From positions 96,001-160,000 of IMG/VR virus record IMGVR_UViG_3300031998_000008: a stretch of DNA of 64,000 bases. The stretch is one strand, 5' to 3'. The position numbers and the translations under genes were made by a program. Positions within the stretch are counted from its first letter, which is position 1. Each line of letters opens with the position of its first letter. Below the pieces are notes generated by a model. It was not told the origin of the DNA, made no database searches, and saw nothing but the letters and a program-made list of their open reading frames with translations. This document shows, in pieces, positions 46,953-56,491 of this stretch. Source of the stretch: a virus. Lineage: Duplodnaviria > Caudoviricetes.

Positions 46953-49535
46953 ATGGCAGAGATTGAAAAAAATGCTAACGAACAATCATTTGACAACATT
47001 AATATGTCAAATGAACTTGAAGAACTTTTGGATTTTATTATTAACGATTTATCTAAGGAATTACCGACATTAACTGTTGATTTGAATTATTTCCTTCTTG
47101 GGTCTTTAGTGCAGAAGAATAACAATCTGTATAAGAGGCTTGAGATGTGTATGATGACAACAACAATGAATGCCATATATAATTCTTTCTATCAAGTTGT
47201 TTCTTCAAAGGCTCTTAGTGCTGTAAAAAGCAATAGAAAGACTAATTTTGACAATAAATTTTATGAAATAGTAAACAAGGCAAGTGAAATAGCAAAGGAA
47301 CTTGAAAGTGAAGAGGTGACTTCAGAACACGTATTCCTTGCTATTTTAGGAGATAGTGATGATGGAAACAAAATCAGGAAAGTTTTCAACAAAGCCGGCC
47401 TTACTTATGGTGTTTTCAAAGACAAACTCCAAGACAGCTTGGTAAGTTTCGATGAAAATGGTATTATGAGTGGAAATCTTGGGAACGGAATGGGCGTTAA
47501 GATTATCCAAGCAAAAACTCCTGAGGAAGCAATGCGTAAGATGAAAGAAAGCATTGAAAACGAAATGAATCAGATGACTGGTGGTAAGAAATCAAGCAAG
47601 ACTTCATCAAAAACACCTTATATAGATGAATATTGCACTGATTTGAATGCTTTGGCTGAAAGCGGTAAGATGGAGCCAATCATTGGCCGTGAGAAAGAAA
47701 TTGCACAAATCATTAGAATCCTTGGTAGGAAAAACAAGAACAACACAATTCTTGTTGGCGGCGAGGGCGTTGGTAAAACAGCAATTGGTGAAAGTATTGC
47801 CTATAAGATTGTTAATGGCGAAGTTCCTGAATTTTTACTTAACAAGAGGGTTGTTTCACTTGACATGACTGCTATGATGGCAGGTACTACTCTTAGAGGT
47901 ATGTTTGAGGAACGTGTAAAGGGCGTTATGGATGAAATCAAGAAATATAGGAATTTCATTTTATTCATGGATAATATTGGTGCAATTCTTGCTGATAAAG
48001 GTAAGAATGACTATGAAATCTCTTCAATGCTTTCACGTGGTCTTGAAACCGGTGAAATCCAAGTAATCGGTACTTCAGATTTTGCTTCTTATAGAAAGAC
48101 ATTCGATAAAGACCCAAGTTTGGCAAGACGTTTCCAAAAGATTATTGTTGAATCACCAAGTATTGATGAATCAATTAGAATTTTGGATGGCATTAAGGAA
48201 TCATATGAGACCTACCATAAGGTTAGATATGAAGATGGTGTTATCGAAGCATGTGTAAAACTTGCGGATAAGTACATTTCAGAACGTAATTTGCCTGATT
48301 CAGCAATTGATATTCTTGATGAAATTGGTTCATTGAATGGTACATCAAACGAGCCTACTGCTCTTAAAGAACTGAAGGCCCGTATTACGTTATTTGAGGA
48401 TAAGATGGATGAAGCAAAGAGGGAAAAGGATTATGAAAGTGCTGATGCTATTTCAAAAGAAATTATTTTGTTGAAGAAACAATATAACGAGGAAAAGGAT
48501 AGTTACGAAAAGGACCGTAACGAAAACCATATTCCTGTAACTGTTAATGACATTCTTAACCTTATTTCAGTTAAAACAGGTATTCCTGTAAGCAATCTTA
48601 ATTCAGATGACAAGAAGAAATTGTCAGGAATGAATGATAGGCTTAAAGAAAGTGTTGTTGGTCAAGATGAGGCAATTGACACTGTTTGCAAGGCGTTGAA
48701 ACGTAATAGAGTTGGCCTTAGCAATAATGGTTGCATGTATAGTTACATGGCAATTGGTAAAACAGGTACAGGTAAAACCTTGTTGGCAAAGAAACTTGCT
48801 AAAGAGTTATTCGGTGATGAAAAGGCCCTTGTTAGATTTGATATGTCTGAATATTCAGATAAGGTTTCAGTAAACAAACTTATTGGCTCAAATCCTGGTT
48901 ATGTTGGATATGAAGAGGGTGGACAATTGACTGAAACAATCAAAAATAAGAAACATTGCGTTCTTTTGCTTGATGAAATTGAAAAGGCTGACCCTGAGGT
49001 TTACAACATTTTCTTACAGGTTCTTGATGAAGGATTCTTAACAGATAACTCTGGCCAGCGTGTGGATTTCAAGAATGTAATCGTGGTATTTACATCAAAC
49101 GTTGGTGCAAAGGCTGCAAGTGAATTTGGTAAAGGAATCGGATTTGCTAACGATGAGGAAGAAAATACAAAGAGAATCTTGTTGAAACAACTTAAAAATA
49201 GATTTCCACCTGAATTTCTTAACCGTATCAATGATGTTATATACTTTAACACATTGAATGACGATGACCTTAATTCAATTATTAAGATTGAAATTGGTAA
49301 ACTTGAGAGCAGGTTAAATGGAATGGGATATTCCATGGAATATGACAACGATGTTGTTCAATACATTCTTAAAGAAATACAAGATGAAAAAGACTTCGGT
49401 GCAAGACCTATTATTAGGTGTATTCAAGAAAACATCGAAGACAAACTAACGGACAAACTTCTTGAGAATGATTACGAAAAAGGATATGTGTTCAAAATTT
49501 CTTGTCCTGAATTAAGTGCCGTAACAGTCGCTTAA
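46953..49535 (+). CDS. clpC: ClpC/ClpA-like AAA+ unfoldase (start revised to MAEIEK)
   Basis: Two NBDs (GEGVGKT; GKTGTGKT, LLLDEIEKA), RRFQ, PDSAIDILDE, RFDMSEY, IGF loop, GARP. Confidence 0.9.
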   Translation: MAEIEKNANEQSFDNINMSNELEELLDFIINDLSKELPTLTVDLNYFLLGSLVQKNNNLYKRLEMCMMTTTMNAIYNSFYQVVSSKALSAVKSNRKTNFDNKFYEIVNKASEIAKELESEEVTSEHVFLAILGDSDDGNKIRKVFNKAGLTYGVFKDKLQDSLVSFDENGIMSGNLGNGMGVKIIQAKTPEEAMRKMKESIENEMNQMTGGKKSSKTSSKTPYIDEYCTDLNALAESGKMEPIIGREKEIAQIIRILGRKNKNNTILVGGEGVGKTAIGESIAYKIVNGEVPEFLLNKRVVSLDMTAMMAGTTLRGMFEERVKGVMDEIKKYRNFILFMDNIGAILADKGKNDYEISSMLSRGLETGEIQVIGTSDFASYRKTFDKDPSLARRFQKIIVESPSIDESIRILDGIKESYETYHKVRYEDGVIEACVKLADKYISERNLPDSAIDILDEIGSLNGTSNEPTALKELKARITLFEDKMDEAKREKDYESADAISKEIILLKKQYNEEKDSYEKDRNENHIPVTVNDILNLISVKTGIPVSNLNSDDKKKLSGMNDRLKESVVGQDEAIDTVCKALKRNRVGLSNNGCMYSYMAIGKTGTGKTLLAKKLAKELFGDEKALVRFDMSEYSDKVSVNKLIGSNPGYVGYEEGGQLTETIKNKKHCVLLLDEIEKADPEVYNIFLQVLDEGFLTDNSGQRVDFKNVIVVFTSNVGAKAASEFGKGIGFANDEEENTKRILLKQLKNRFPPEFLNRINDVIYFNTLNDDDLNSIIKIEIGKLESRLNGMGYSMEYDNDVVQYILKEIQDEKDFGARPIIRCIQENIEDKLTDKLLENDYEKGYVFKISCPELSAVTVA

Positions 49536-49536
49536 T

Positions 49537-49568
49537 AAAAAAGCCCGATTTAGTTCGGGCTTTTTTTT
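49537..49568. terminator. Bidirectional terminator
   Basis: A6GCCCGA/TCGGGC-T8. Confidence 0.85.
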
Positions 49569-52077
49569 ATTTCATTCTTGCTCTTTTTGGAATTTCAAAA
49601 CTAAAATTCTTATTTTGAGGAACAAATAATGTATTAGTTGATAGAACATTTGTTAATTCCTTGAAAGCTGAAGAATTTGCTGAATGTATATAATACATTG
49701 GTATTTGTTCACCATGCTTTTTGCAATAATTCACTAAGAATATAGCACAATCTTTTGAACTTTTCCCATCAGTTGATGCAGCGCCTAAATCCCTATCAAA
49801 TGATATGAATTCAGGAACACCATTTTTCTGTATGTATTCAACAAACTCAGTGTAATTATGCACACAGTCAAACATTATATTATATTTTTTCATTAGTTCA
49901 ACAAACGCAATTTGGTTGTTCATTCCAACTTTACTTGTTTGTTTTCCTTGTGCGGCTAATTCAAATTGTTTGAATGGCTTTCTTGTATCATCAACCCATA
50001 ATATTTTTAGGTTTTGCTTTCTCTTGCTGTATCCATTTACAAACTCTGAGCCGTATTCAATGTTCGTTGACAATTTCTTTATTTCTTGTTCTTCAGGTGA
50101 AACTTCACGTCTTGACGGTGATAAAGATGGGTCGTTTGTAAAATTAAATCCACCTTCAGGTTTAAATAATGGTATTCTTCCAAGAGTCCAACTTTCTGAC
50201 ATTTGTCCAAAAGTTATCGGAAGCATATATCTCTTTTCTATTCCTTTTTGCATAAATTGATAGCAAACATCAGATAATGTTGAACCACCGCTTATGTTAT
50301 CATCAAAAACAATAAATAATGTTCCTTTTATTCTTTCCAATTCTTCTTGTACATGCTTTATTGTCTCAGGACTTGTTGTGTGTGGGTCATCATCAAATCT
50401 GTATATGTTTCTAAGTCCCATTCTTTCACCGTTTGATATTTTTTTGATTTCAAATGGTGATGGCCTCCATTCACATATTTCATATGGGTTTTTCAAATAA
50501 GGTTCACCATCAATTTCACTTCTTTCACCCCATAGGCGTGTTTTAATCATTTCAATAATTTTTCTTGTTCTGTTTTCTATTGATGGGCCTTTTGAATATT
50601 TGATAGGTTTAATTATCTTATATAAAGTAACTTTTGAGTCTTCATCAGTTATTTCGTTGTGATAATGTGCATCACGTATTATTTGCTTTATGTAATCAGC
50701 ATAAAGTTTGTAATGTTCTGCAATTCTGTCTATTGCGGTTTCTTGATTTTTTGCATATTTTAAGTTTTGGATACAATGAAGTATTTTTTTCGTTTGTAAG
50801 TTTACTAAATTAATTGTTTGTTGTGCTTTTTGTATGTTTGTGCTTCTGTTTATATCGTTTTGTAGGAAGTTCATAACAGAAGTTTCTCTCTTTGACCTTG
50901 GTGAATCATAAAATCCTTGATTCATTCTAACAAAATCTGAGTCAATTTGAAGATTGTTCAAGTCTTTTGTGAGTATATTTGTGTCAATTGCTTGAATTGG
51001 CATTCCACATACTTGTAACTTTGATAATTCTTGTGCCATTTTTACATTAAAGTTGCTTGAACTTTTTATTGGATAAATTGATATGGCCCTAAATTCTGTA
51101 TCAGGACGCATTCTTAAATCCTTCATATAATCTTCAACGACAATTTCAATTTTTCTTTTGAATTGATTCATGAAATCATTAAACTCGTTTGCTTCCATGT
51201 CCATTTCATATTCCTTGCCACCAATTTCTGCTTTTGCCTTTTGTGAATCAAAATAGTGTTTGAAATATTGCATTACGTATTCACCTTTAATTGATGTTAT
51301 GTTATATGACATCAATCCGCCTTTTAATTGTACTTTGTATGTGTCGTTGTTTGATTTATCCATTAAGTCGGTTTTAAGTTTTTCACCACTTAAAAGATTT
51401 CCTTTTGCACGGTCAGTTCCGTTATCACCGTTTTTCTCATAATGAATCATTGCTTTTTTACCTTTAATCCTGTCAATATATGCAGATTCATTAAGTTTAC
51501 TTTCTTCTAATTTTTTCTTTTGGATTTCAACGTAGTCAGCGAAAGGTTTTCTTTGCTTATTGCCCCTGTAAAGCCATTTTTTGAATAGTCTTAAAGAAAC
51601 ACCAGTAATAGACCTAAACCCAGTCCAACCTTTATTGTAGTTTGATAAATATGCACTTTTTGCTTCTTCTTTTGACTTGAAGCCAATCATAACTTTACTT
51701 TCGTCAAATTCACCATCTTTGTTGTTTTGGTCAATGACATATACTTTATCAAAGTCATCTGGATATGGGCCAATGAAAACATCAACGGCATCACCGTCTT
51801 TTCCGTTACCACTTGTGTTCCTAAAGTATCCATAGTGATTTTGCATGGTTACTTCACCATATCCTTTATCGTTTTTGTATTTTCTAACTGAGCCTTTGGG
51901 GTTTTCTATTGAAATTGGCATGCCTTTAACTGAAAAATGACCCATTTTATAGTTTCCGGCTTCTTTTTGCGCATCCGTTGGGGTCAAATTAACATTCTTG
52001 CACTCAGCGTCAATTTCTGACGTTGAAACTTCAGATATAAGGTGTTTGAACTGTTCTTCTGTCAATATAATTTTCAT
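49567..52077 (-). CDS. Tagged polyvalent protein: InPase domain + PRTase-like + cyclic-phosphate-processing receiver (cREC)
   Basis: MKIILTEEQF tag; KEAGNYK..ISIENPKGS..HYGY..DGDAVDVFIG..FDESKVMIGF; IVFDDNISGGSTL; LWVDDTR..ISFDRDLG..IHSAN. Confidence 0.8.
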   Translation of the reverse strand: MKIILTEEQFKHLISEVSTSEIDAECKNVNLTPTDAQKEAGNYKMGHFSVKGMPISIENPKGSVRKYKNDKGYGEVTMQNHYGYFRNTSGNGKDGDAVDVFIGPYPDDFDKVYVIDQNNKDGEFDESKVMIGFKSKEEAKSAYLSNYNKGWTGFRSITGVSLRLFKKWLYRGNKQRKPFADYVEIQKKKLEESKLNESAYIDRIKGKKAMIHYEKNGDNGTDRAKGNLLSGEKLKTDLMDKSNNDTYKVQLKGGLMSYNITSIKGEYVMQYFKHYFDSQKAKAEIGGKEYEMDMEANEFNDFMNQFKRKIEIVVEDYMKDLRMRPDTEFRAISIYPIKSSSNFNVKMAQELSKLQVCGMPIQAIDTNILTKDLNNLQIDSDFVRMNQGFYDSPRSKRETSVMNFLQNDINRSTNIQKAQQTINLVNLQTKKILHCIQNLKYAKNQETAIDRIAEHYKLYADYIKQIIRDAHYHNEITDEDSKVTLYKIIKPIKYSKGPSIENRTRKIIEMIKTRLWGERSEIDGEPYLKNPYEICEWRPSPFEIKKISNGERMGLRNIYRFDDDPHTTSPETIKHVQEELERIKGTLFIVFDDNISGGSTLSDVCYQFMQKGIEKRYMLPITFGQMSESWTLGRIPLFKPEGGFNFTNDPSLSPSRREVSPEEQEIKKLSTNIEYGSEFVNGYSKRKQNLKILWVDDTRKPFKQFELAAQGKQTSKVGMNNQIAFVELMKKYNIMFDCVHNYTEFVEYIQKNGVPEFISFDRDLGAASTDGKSSKDCAIFLVNYCKKHGEQIPMYYIHSANSSAFKELTNVLSTNTLFVPQNKNFSFEIPKRARMK

Positions 52078-52079
52078 TT

Positions 52080-53069
52080 TTACATCAAAAAATTACTGTC
52101 AAGCGTTCCATGTACGCCAATTTTATTATTCAACCAAGCATCCATGACTTTTGTCAAGAATAACTCACGTTCTGTTTTATCCAAGAACATTTTTTGGAAT
52201 GTATCAATAAGATAATCTTTCAAATCGTCAGTGTACATATATTTTAACACATTATCACCATCCATCATACCGACAATTTTGATTTTCTTTTTCTTACCAC
52301 CTTCCAATGTTGTATAATTGAATTGTCTGAAGTTGTTATCAAGGTGTTTTTTGACTATAAGAACCTTTTCAGGGTCTATACAATACGGCTTGTTCATTTT
52401 TTTATCAACAGGCATTTGCGCTTTTTGTATATCTGATTCTTTTAGAAGTTCTATAAGTCTTTTTTCCTGTTCTTCTGATATTATGAGTTTTTTACATTCG
52501 TTCATTTGTCTTGCTTGTTGTATTTTTGCTAACCTTTCTCTGCATTGTTGTAATTCAGCGAACATTTTTTGTGCTGTTTCATTGAAATCAGAACCATTCA
52601 TTATTTTGTCACCTTGGTTTTCCTTATCATTTAAAATGTCAGGTATTTTTTCACCTTGGATTAATATGTCTGTGTCGCTTTTATCGTTTTTTTCTGATAT
52701 TTGCCAACCGTCTTGGTTAATTTTTTCCGCCAATTGGTTAAACTCTTGTCCATGTTCTGGAACAATTTTCAAAACGAATAAACAATACATGTGAATCATT
52801 TCATGGAGCAATGAGTTTTGTATTGATGATTCGGTCCTGTAATATCTGTTTGTAAATGCCATTTCACCTGATGATGTGACGTTGGTGATTTTGTTTCCAT
52901 TATACTCAGCCGTTTCGTTATTATAACAGGCCCAATTATTAGCAGGACACCTATAACTAAATTTTGGCATTGGTAATTTACCACCAAAATACTTGGTATT
53001 AAATGCCTTGAAATTAGTTACAAGCCACTGTGTATTTGGGACCATTTTATTTTTATCGTATTGCTCCAT
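52080..53069 (-). CDS. SprT-like metallopeptidase with internal tag (start revised to MEQYD)
   Basis: FNTKYFGGKLP, LLHEMIH, HGQEF; KKLIISEEQEKRLIELLKES. Confidence 0.8.
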   Translation of the reverse strand: MEQYDKNKMVPNTQWLVTNFKAFNTKYFGGKLPMPKFSYRCPANNWACYNNETAEYNGNKITNVTSSGEMAFTNRYYRTESSIQNSLLHEMIHMYCLFVLKIVPEHGQEFNQLAEKINQDGWQISEKNDKSDTDILIQGEKIPDILNDKENQGDKIMNGSDFNETAQKMFAELQQCRERLAKIQQARQMNECKKLIISEEQEKRLIELLKESDIQKAQMPVDKKMNKPYCIDPEKVLIVKKHLDNNFRQFNYTTLEGGKKKKIKIVGMMDGDNVLKYMYTDDLKDYLIDTFQKMFLDKTERELFLTKVMDAWLNNKIGVHGTLDSNFLM

Positions 53070-53095
53070 GCAAATTTTCGGTTTTATCTTTAAGT

Positions 53096-53104
53096 ATAAA
53101 TAGT
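53096..53104 (-). promoter_or_regulatory. Putative late promoter motif
   Basis: ACTATTTATA adjacent to a terminator. Confidence 0.7.
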
Positions 53105-53114
53105 TTAAGGGCAT

Positions 53115-53138
53115 AAAAAAAGCAGACCGAAGTCTGCT
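53115..53138 (-). terminator. Terminator with cUUCGg tetraloop
   Basis: Minus strand reads AGCAGAC-TTCG-GTCTGC-T7. Confidence 0.85.
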
Positions 53139-53275
53139 AAAAACTATTCGAGTAAACGGCGCTCGGTAACATACTTTAATATGCGCTCACTATACTAAAT
53201 GTTTTGCTATAATTATCATTTACTTTGTAAAAAGATATTTTTTTTGTATAATTTATATGAAAATTTTTAAAAAGA

Positions 53276-54004
53276 ATGAAATATCAGGGAAATAAGAATA
53301 GAATTGTTGATGATATATTGCCTATCTTGTTGAAAAACAGAAAGGAAGGCCAATGGTATGTTGAGCCTTTTTGTGGAAGTTGTTCTGTGATTCAGCGTGT
53401 TAGTGGAAATAGGCTTGCGTCTGATAAGAACAAGTATTTGGTTGCTATGTGGAAATCTTTAATTGAAGGAAAAGAAATGCCAACAAACATACCAAAGGAA
53501 TATTATGATGATGTTAGAGATTGTTTCCATGGAAGAAATGATAGGTACACTGATGATATAATCGGATGGGTTGGATATATGGCATCATTTAATGGCAGAT
53601 TTTTCGATGGAGGATATTCTGGCCACAATGTTGTTGGTAAAAACGGAAAGGCGAGAGATTATATTGCTGAGAACATTGCAAACACAATGAAGCAGCCTGA
53701 ATATCTTAAAGACGTTGTGTTTACAAGTGGCGATTATGATACAATAGAAATTCCTGATAATTCAATTATATATTGTGACCCACCTTACAGGAACACGAAA
53801 CAATATCAATTTTCAAGAGATTTTGATTTTGATAAATTCTATATATGGTTAGTTGAAATGGCAAAGAAAGGACATGAGGTTTATATATCAGAGTATGCAA
53901 TGCCTGATAATTTTGAATGTATATGGTCAAAGGAAGTGACTAATGCCATGAATCCAACAATCACAAAACAAACAGTTGAAAAATTATTTATACCAAAAAT
54001 ATAA
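53276..54004 (+). CDS. dam: DNA adenine methyltransferase (Dam/D12 class)
   Basis: MKYQGNK, YVEPFCGSCSV, IYCDPPY. Confidence 0.88.
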   Translation: MKYQGNKNRIVDDILPILLKNRKEGQWYVEPFCGSCSVIQRVSGNRLASDKNKYLVAMWKSLIEGKEMPTNIPKEYYDDVRDCFHGRNDRYTDDIIGWVGYMASFNGRFFDGGYSGHNVVGKNGKARDYIAENIANTMKQPEYLKDVVFTSGDYDTIEIPDNSIIYCDPPYRNTKQYQFSRDFDFDKFYIWLVEMAKKGHEVYISEYAMPDNFECIWSKEVTNAMNPTITKQTVEKLFIPKI

Positions 54005-54006
54005 TA

Positions 54007-55596
54007 ATGGGAGAAATAAAGTTTAGTGAAGAGCAAAACGCAATATTTGATTTTGCTGAGCATGGTATATTAAACATGATTATTCAGGCAGTTGCAGGTG
54101 CAGGAAAAACAACAACACTGGTTGAATGCGCAAATAGGATTAAGACTGATAAGCGTGTTATGCTTTTGGCCCACAATAGGTCAACAAGAGATACCTTAGT
54201 TGAAAAGATTGGGGATAGAAAGAATGTGAAGGTATATACAATCCATGGACTTGCATATAGAATGTTTGTTGAACATTTTGAATTCAATCCAAATATTGAT
54301 GATGACAAATACAGGAACTACATAAACAAAAACATGGATGAACTTGCAAGCGAAGAATATTTGGCAATGCCAAGGAATGCAAGGATGATGTATAAGTCCA
54401 ATGTTTTTGATTTGATAAATAAGGCCCGCCATAATCTCAAAAAGTCTGAGCGTGAGTTAAAAAGACTTGCCGAAAAGAAATATGGAATGATATTGCTTGC
54501 AGATGAATGTGCATTTGTCAGCAAGATTCTTGATTGGGGGTATAAAACAACAGACATTGTTGATTTTCAGGATTTGCTTTGGTATCCAAGCCAATATGGA
54601 TATTATACAAAGAAATATACGGCAGACATAATAATGCTTGATGAAGCACAAGATGCTTCTATAGCACAACAAGACGTTATTAGTAGGTGTTTTAAGCGTG
54701 AAACAAGAATGTTCTCTTTTGGCGATAGGGACCAAACAATCAATTCATGGTGCGGAAGTGATACTGCATCATTTGAGCATCTTAAAGATAAGGATTTGTT
54801 CAGGCGTGACTCTAAAGAGTTTCCATTGACAACAAATTATAGGTGTGGAACGAGAATCATAGATTATGCAAAACAATATACAAATAACAATATCCATGCA
54901 AGGGAAGATGCTCCTGAAGGTGAAATAGTGTTTGGGGCCCATGTAAGCGACATTAAGAATGGCGATATGGTGTTGTGTAGAAACATATCTCCATTGATGG
55001 AGTTTTACAGAATGGGCGTTGCAAACGGTAAAAAGATGTATTTCAAAGGTGAAGAACTTGGTAAATCAATTATCACAGCAATAGACTGTTCATATGGTGA
55101 TACACCTGCTGAAATATTGGATAGTTTGAAGCGTAGGCTTATTGCTACATGGGATTTTCTAACTGAGGAAACTGGCCTTGATAAACATGAAACAATGTCA
55201 AATCCAATTATAATTTCACTATTGGATACGATAAAAACTATAGAAAATTTTCCAAAAACAGTTGAAAATAGAGAAGATATTGAGAAATTTATAAATGAGA
55301 TATTTTCAAATGAGGAAAATGGCGGTATTGAATTATCAACCATACACAGGGCAAAGGGACTTGAATCTGAAAATGTATTTATAATATGCCCGTCATTGAT
55401 TCCAAGTAAACTTGCTGAAAGCGATTGGGAAATAGAAGAGGAAAAGCATCTTCAATATGTTATGTGTACAAGGGCCAAGAATAGTCTTAATTTTGTATCC
55501 GAACAAGAAATAAAGCCAAGAACGTTCTTTTCAGAAAAGAACATACTATATAAAGAATTAGAAACAATTAGAACAGAAATATCAAAAAATGAGTAA
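54007..55596 (+). CDS. UvrD/Rep-like SF1 helicase
   Basis: AVAGAGKTT, LDEAQD, GDRDQTI, LTTNYRC, STIHRAKGLE, YVMCTRAK. Confidence 0.9.
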   Translation: MGEIKFSEEQNAIFDFAEHGILNMIIQAVAGAGKTTTLVECANRIKTDKRVMLLAHNRSTRDTLVEKIGDRKNVKVYTIHGLAYRMFVEHFEFNPNIDDDKYRNYINKNMDELASEEYLAMPRNARMMYKSNVFDLINKARHNLKKSERELKRLAEKKYGMILLADECAFVSKILDWGYKTTDIVDFQDLLWYPSQYGYYTKKYTADIIMLDEAQDASIAQQDVISRCFKRETRMFSFGDRDQTINSWCGSDTASFEHLKDKDLFRRDSKEFPLTTNYRCGTRIIDYAKQYTNNNIHAREDAPEGEIVFGAHVSDIKNGDMVLCRNISPLMEFYRMGVANGKKMYFKGEELGKSIITAIDCSYGDTPAEILDSLKRRLIATWDFLTEETGLDKHETMSNPIIISLLDTIKTIENFPKTVENREDIEKFINEIFSNEENGGIELSTIHRAKGLESENVFIICPSLIPSKLAESDWEIEEEKHLQYVMCTRAKNSLNFVSEQEIKPRTFFSEKNILYKELETIRTEISKNE

Positions 55597-55819
55597 GTTA
55601 ATAAGACGTGCTAAAAAACTAAATTCTGACACCGAAAACCATTTTATATATGAAGAAGGTGAGGTTGCAAAGATAGGGCCAGTTCCCTATGATGGCGATT
55701 ATGATTTTAGTAAAAATGGCGCATCATATATAACTGAAGGCTTGTATTTTTCTGATAATAACTTTTTCCCAAGAAGAAGCTTCGAGGGAAATGACATAAA
55801 ACATCCATATAAGATATGA
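55589..55819 (+). CDS. Hypothetical protein
   Basis: Translationally coupled small ORF. Confidence 0.6.
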   Translation: MSKLIRRAKKLNSDTENHFIYEEGEVAKIGPVPYDGDYDFSKNGASYITEGLYFSDNNFFPRRSFEGNDIKHPYKI

Positions 55820-56040
55820 AATCAAAAAAAGAGTATGCAATGACCGATAACATGTATTCGGTTTACATGTACGAAGAAAATCATTATCAGTATAAGCATA
55901 TATTTATGCCGAATGCAATATCTGGGAGAAATTCAGCAAGTCATATAATAAATGGAAACGGGTTTAATGGCCCACAAAGAGCACGTAGCCTTTTTGATTT
56001 AACAAGATGGCTTCTTTATGAATCTTGGGAAAAAATTTGA
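55816..56040 (+). CDS. Hypothetical protein
   Basis: ATGA overlap. Confidence 0.6.
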   Translation: MKSKKEYAMTDNMYSVYMYEENHYQYKHIFMPNAISGRNSASHIINGNGFNGPQRARSLFDLTRWLLYESWEKI

Positions 56041-56245
56041 TAATATGAAATGCGAAAAACTTATAAAAGATTCTCCATGCTATGTTATTACATATGACTT
56101 TGTAAAGAATAAACTGAAATGGGGCCCGATAAAAAGATTCTCATTTTCAAATGTGAAAAGCTCATTAAAGAATATTCTTGAATATAAGAACTTATATAAG
56201 GTACATGGAATTGGGGATTACAATAAAATCAATAAAAGATTTTGA
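56018..56245 (+). CDS. Hypothetical protein
   Basis: Small ORF in a chain; start could be 56045. Confidence 0.55.
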   Translation: MNLGKKFDNMKCEKLIKDSPCYVITYDFVKNKLKWGPIKRFSFSNVKSSLKNILEYKNLYKVHGIGDYNKINKRF

Positions 56246-56247
56246 CC

Positions 56248-56433
56248 ATGGGAAAATTTGTTAGGGATAACCTCCATTATTCATATAGATTAGGAAAAAG
56301 AAAACCTGTCGTGTCAAAATATAGCGGGTCGTTTTTTCAAATAAGGGATGAAGTATCTTTTGAAAGAAACGGAAACAGATTCTCAATTGAAGATAATTAC
56401 TACAAAGTGTATAGGATAAGAAAAAGAGTTTAA
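56248..56433 (+). CDS. Hypothetical basic protein
   Basis: Small ORF in the chain. Confidence 0.5.
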   Translation: MGKFVRDNLHYSYRLGKRKPVVSKYSGSFFQIRDEVSFERNGNRFSIEDNYYKVYRIRKRV

Positions 56434-56491
56434 TTAATTTTGAAAAAATAATTTTTATTTGTATAATATAGTAAATAATTTTGATTAACAC

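Noticed and set aside
46844-46999. Overlapping divergent starts at 46999 (-) and 46881 (+)
   Set aside because: Extensions through an AT-rich divergent promoter region; 46843 and 46953 are the plausible starts
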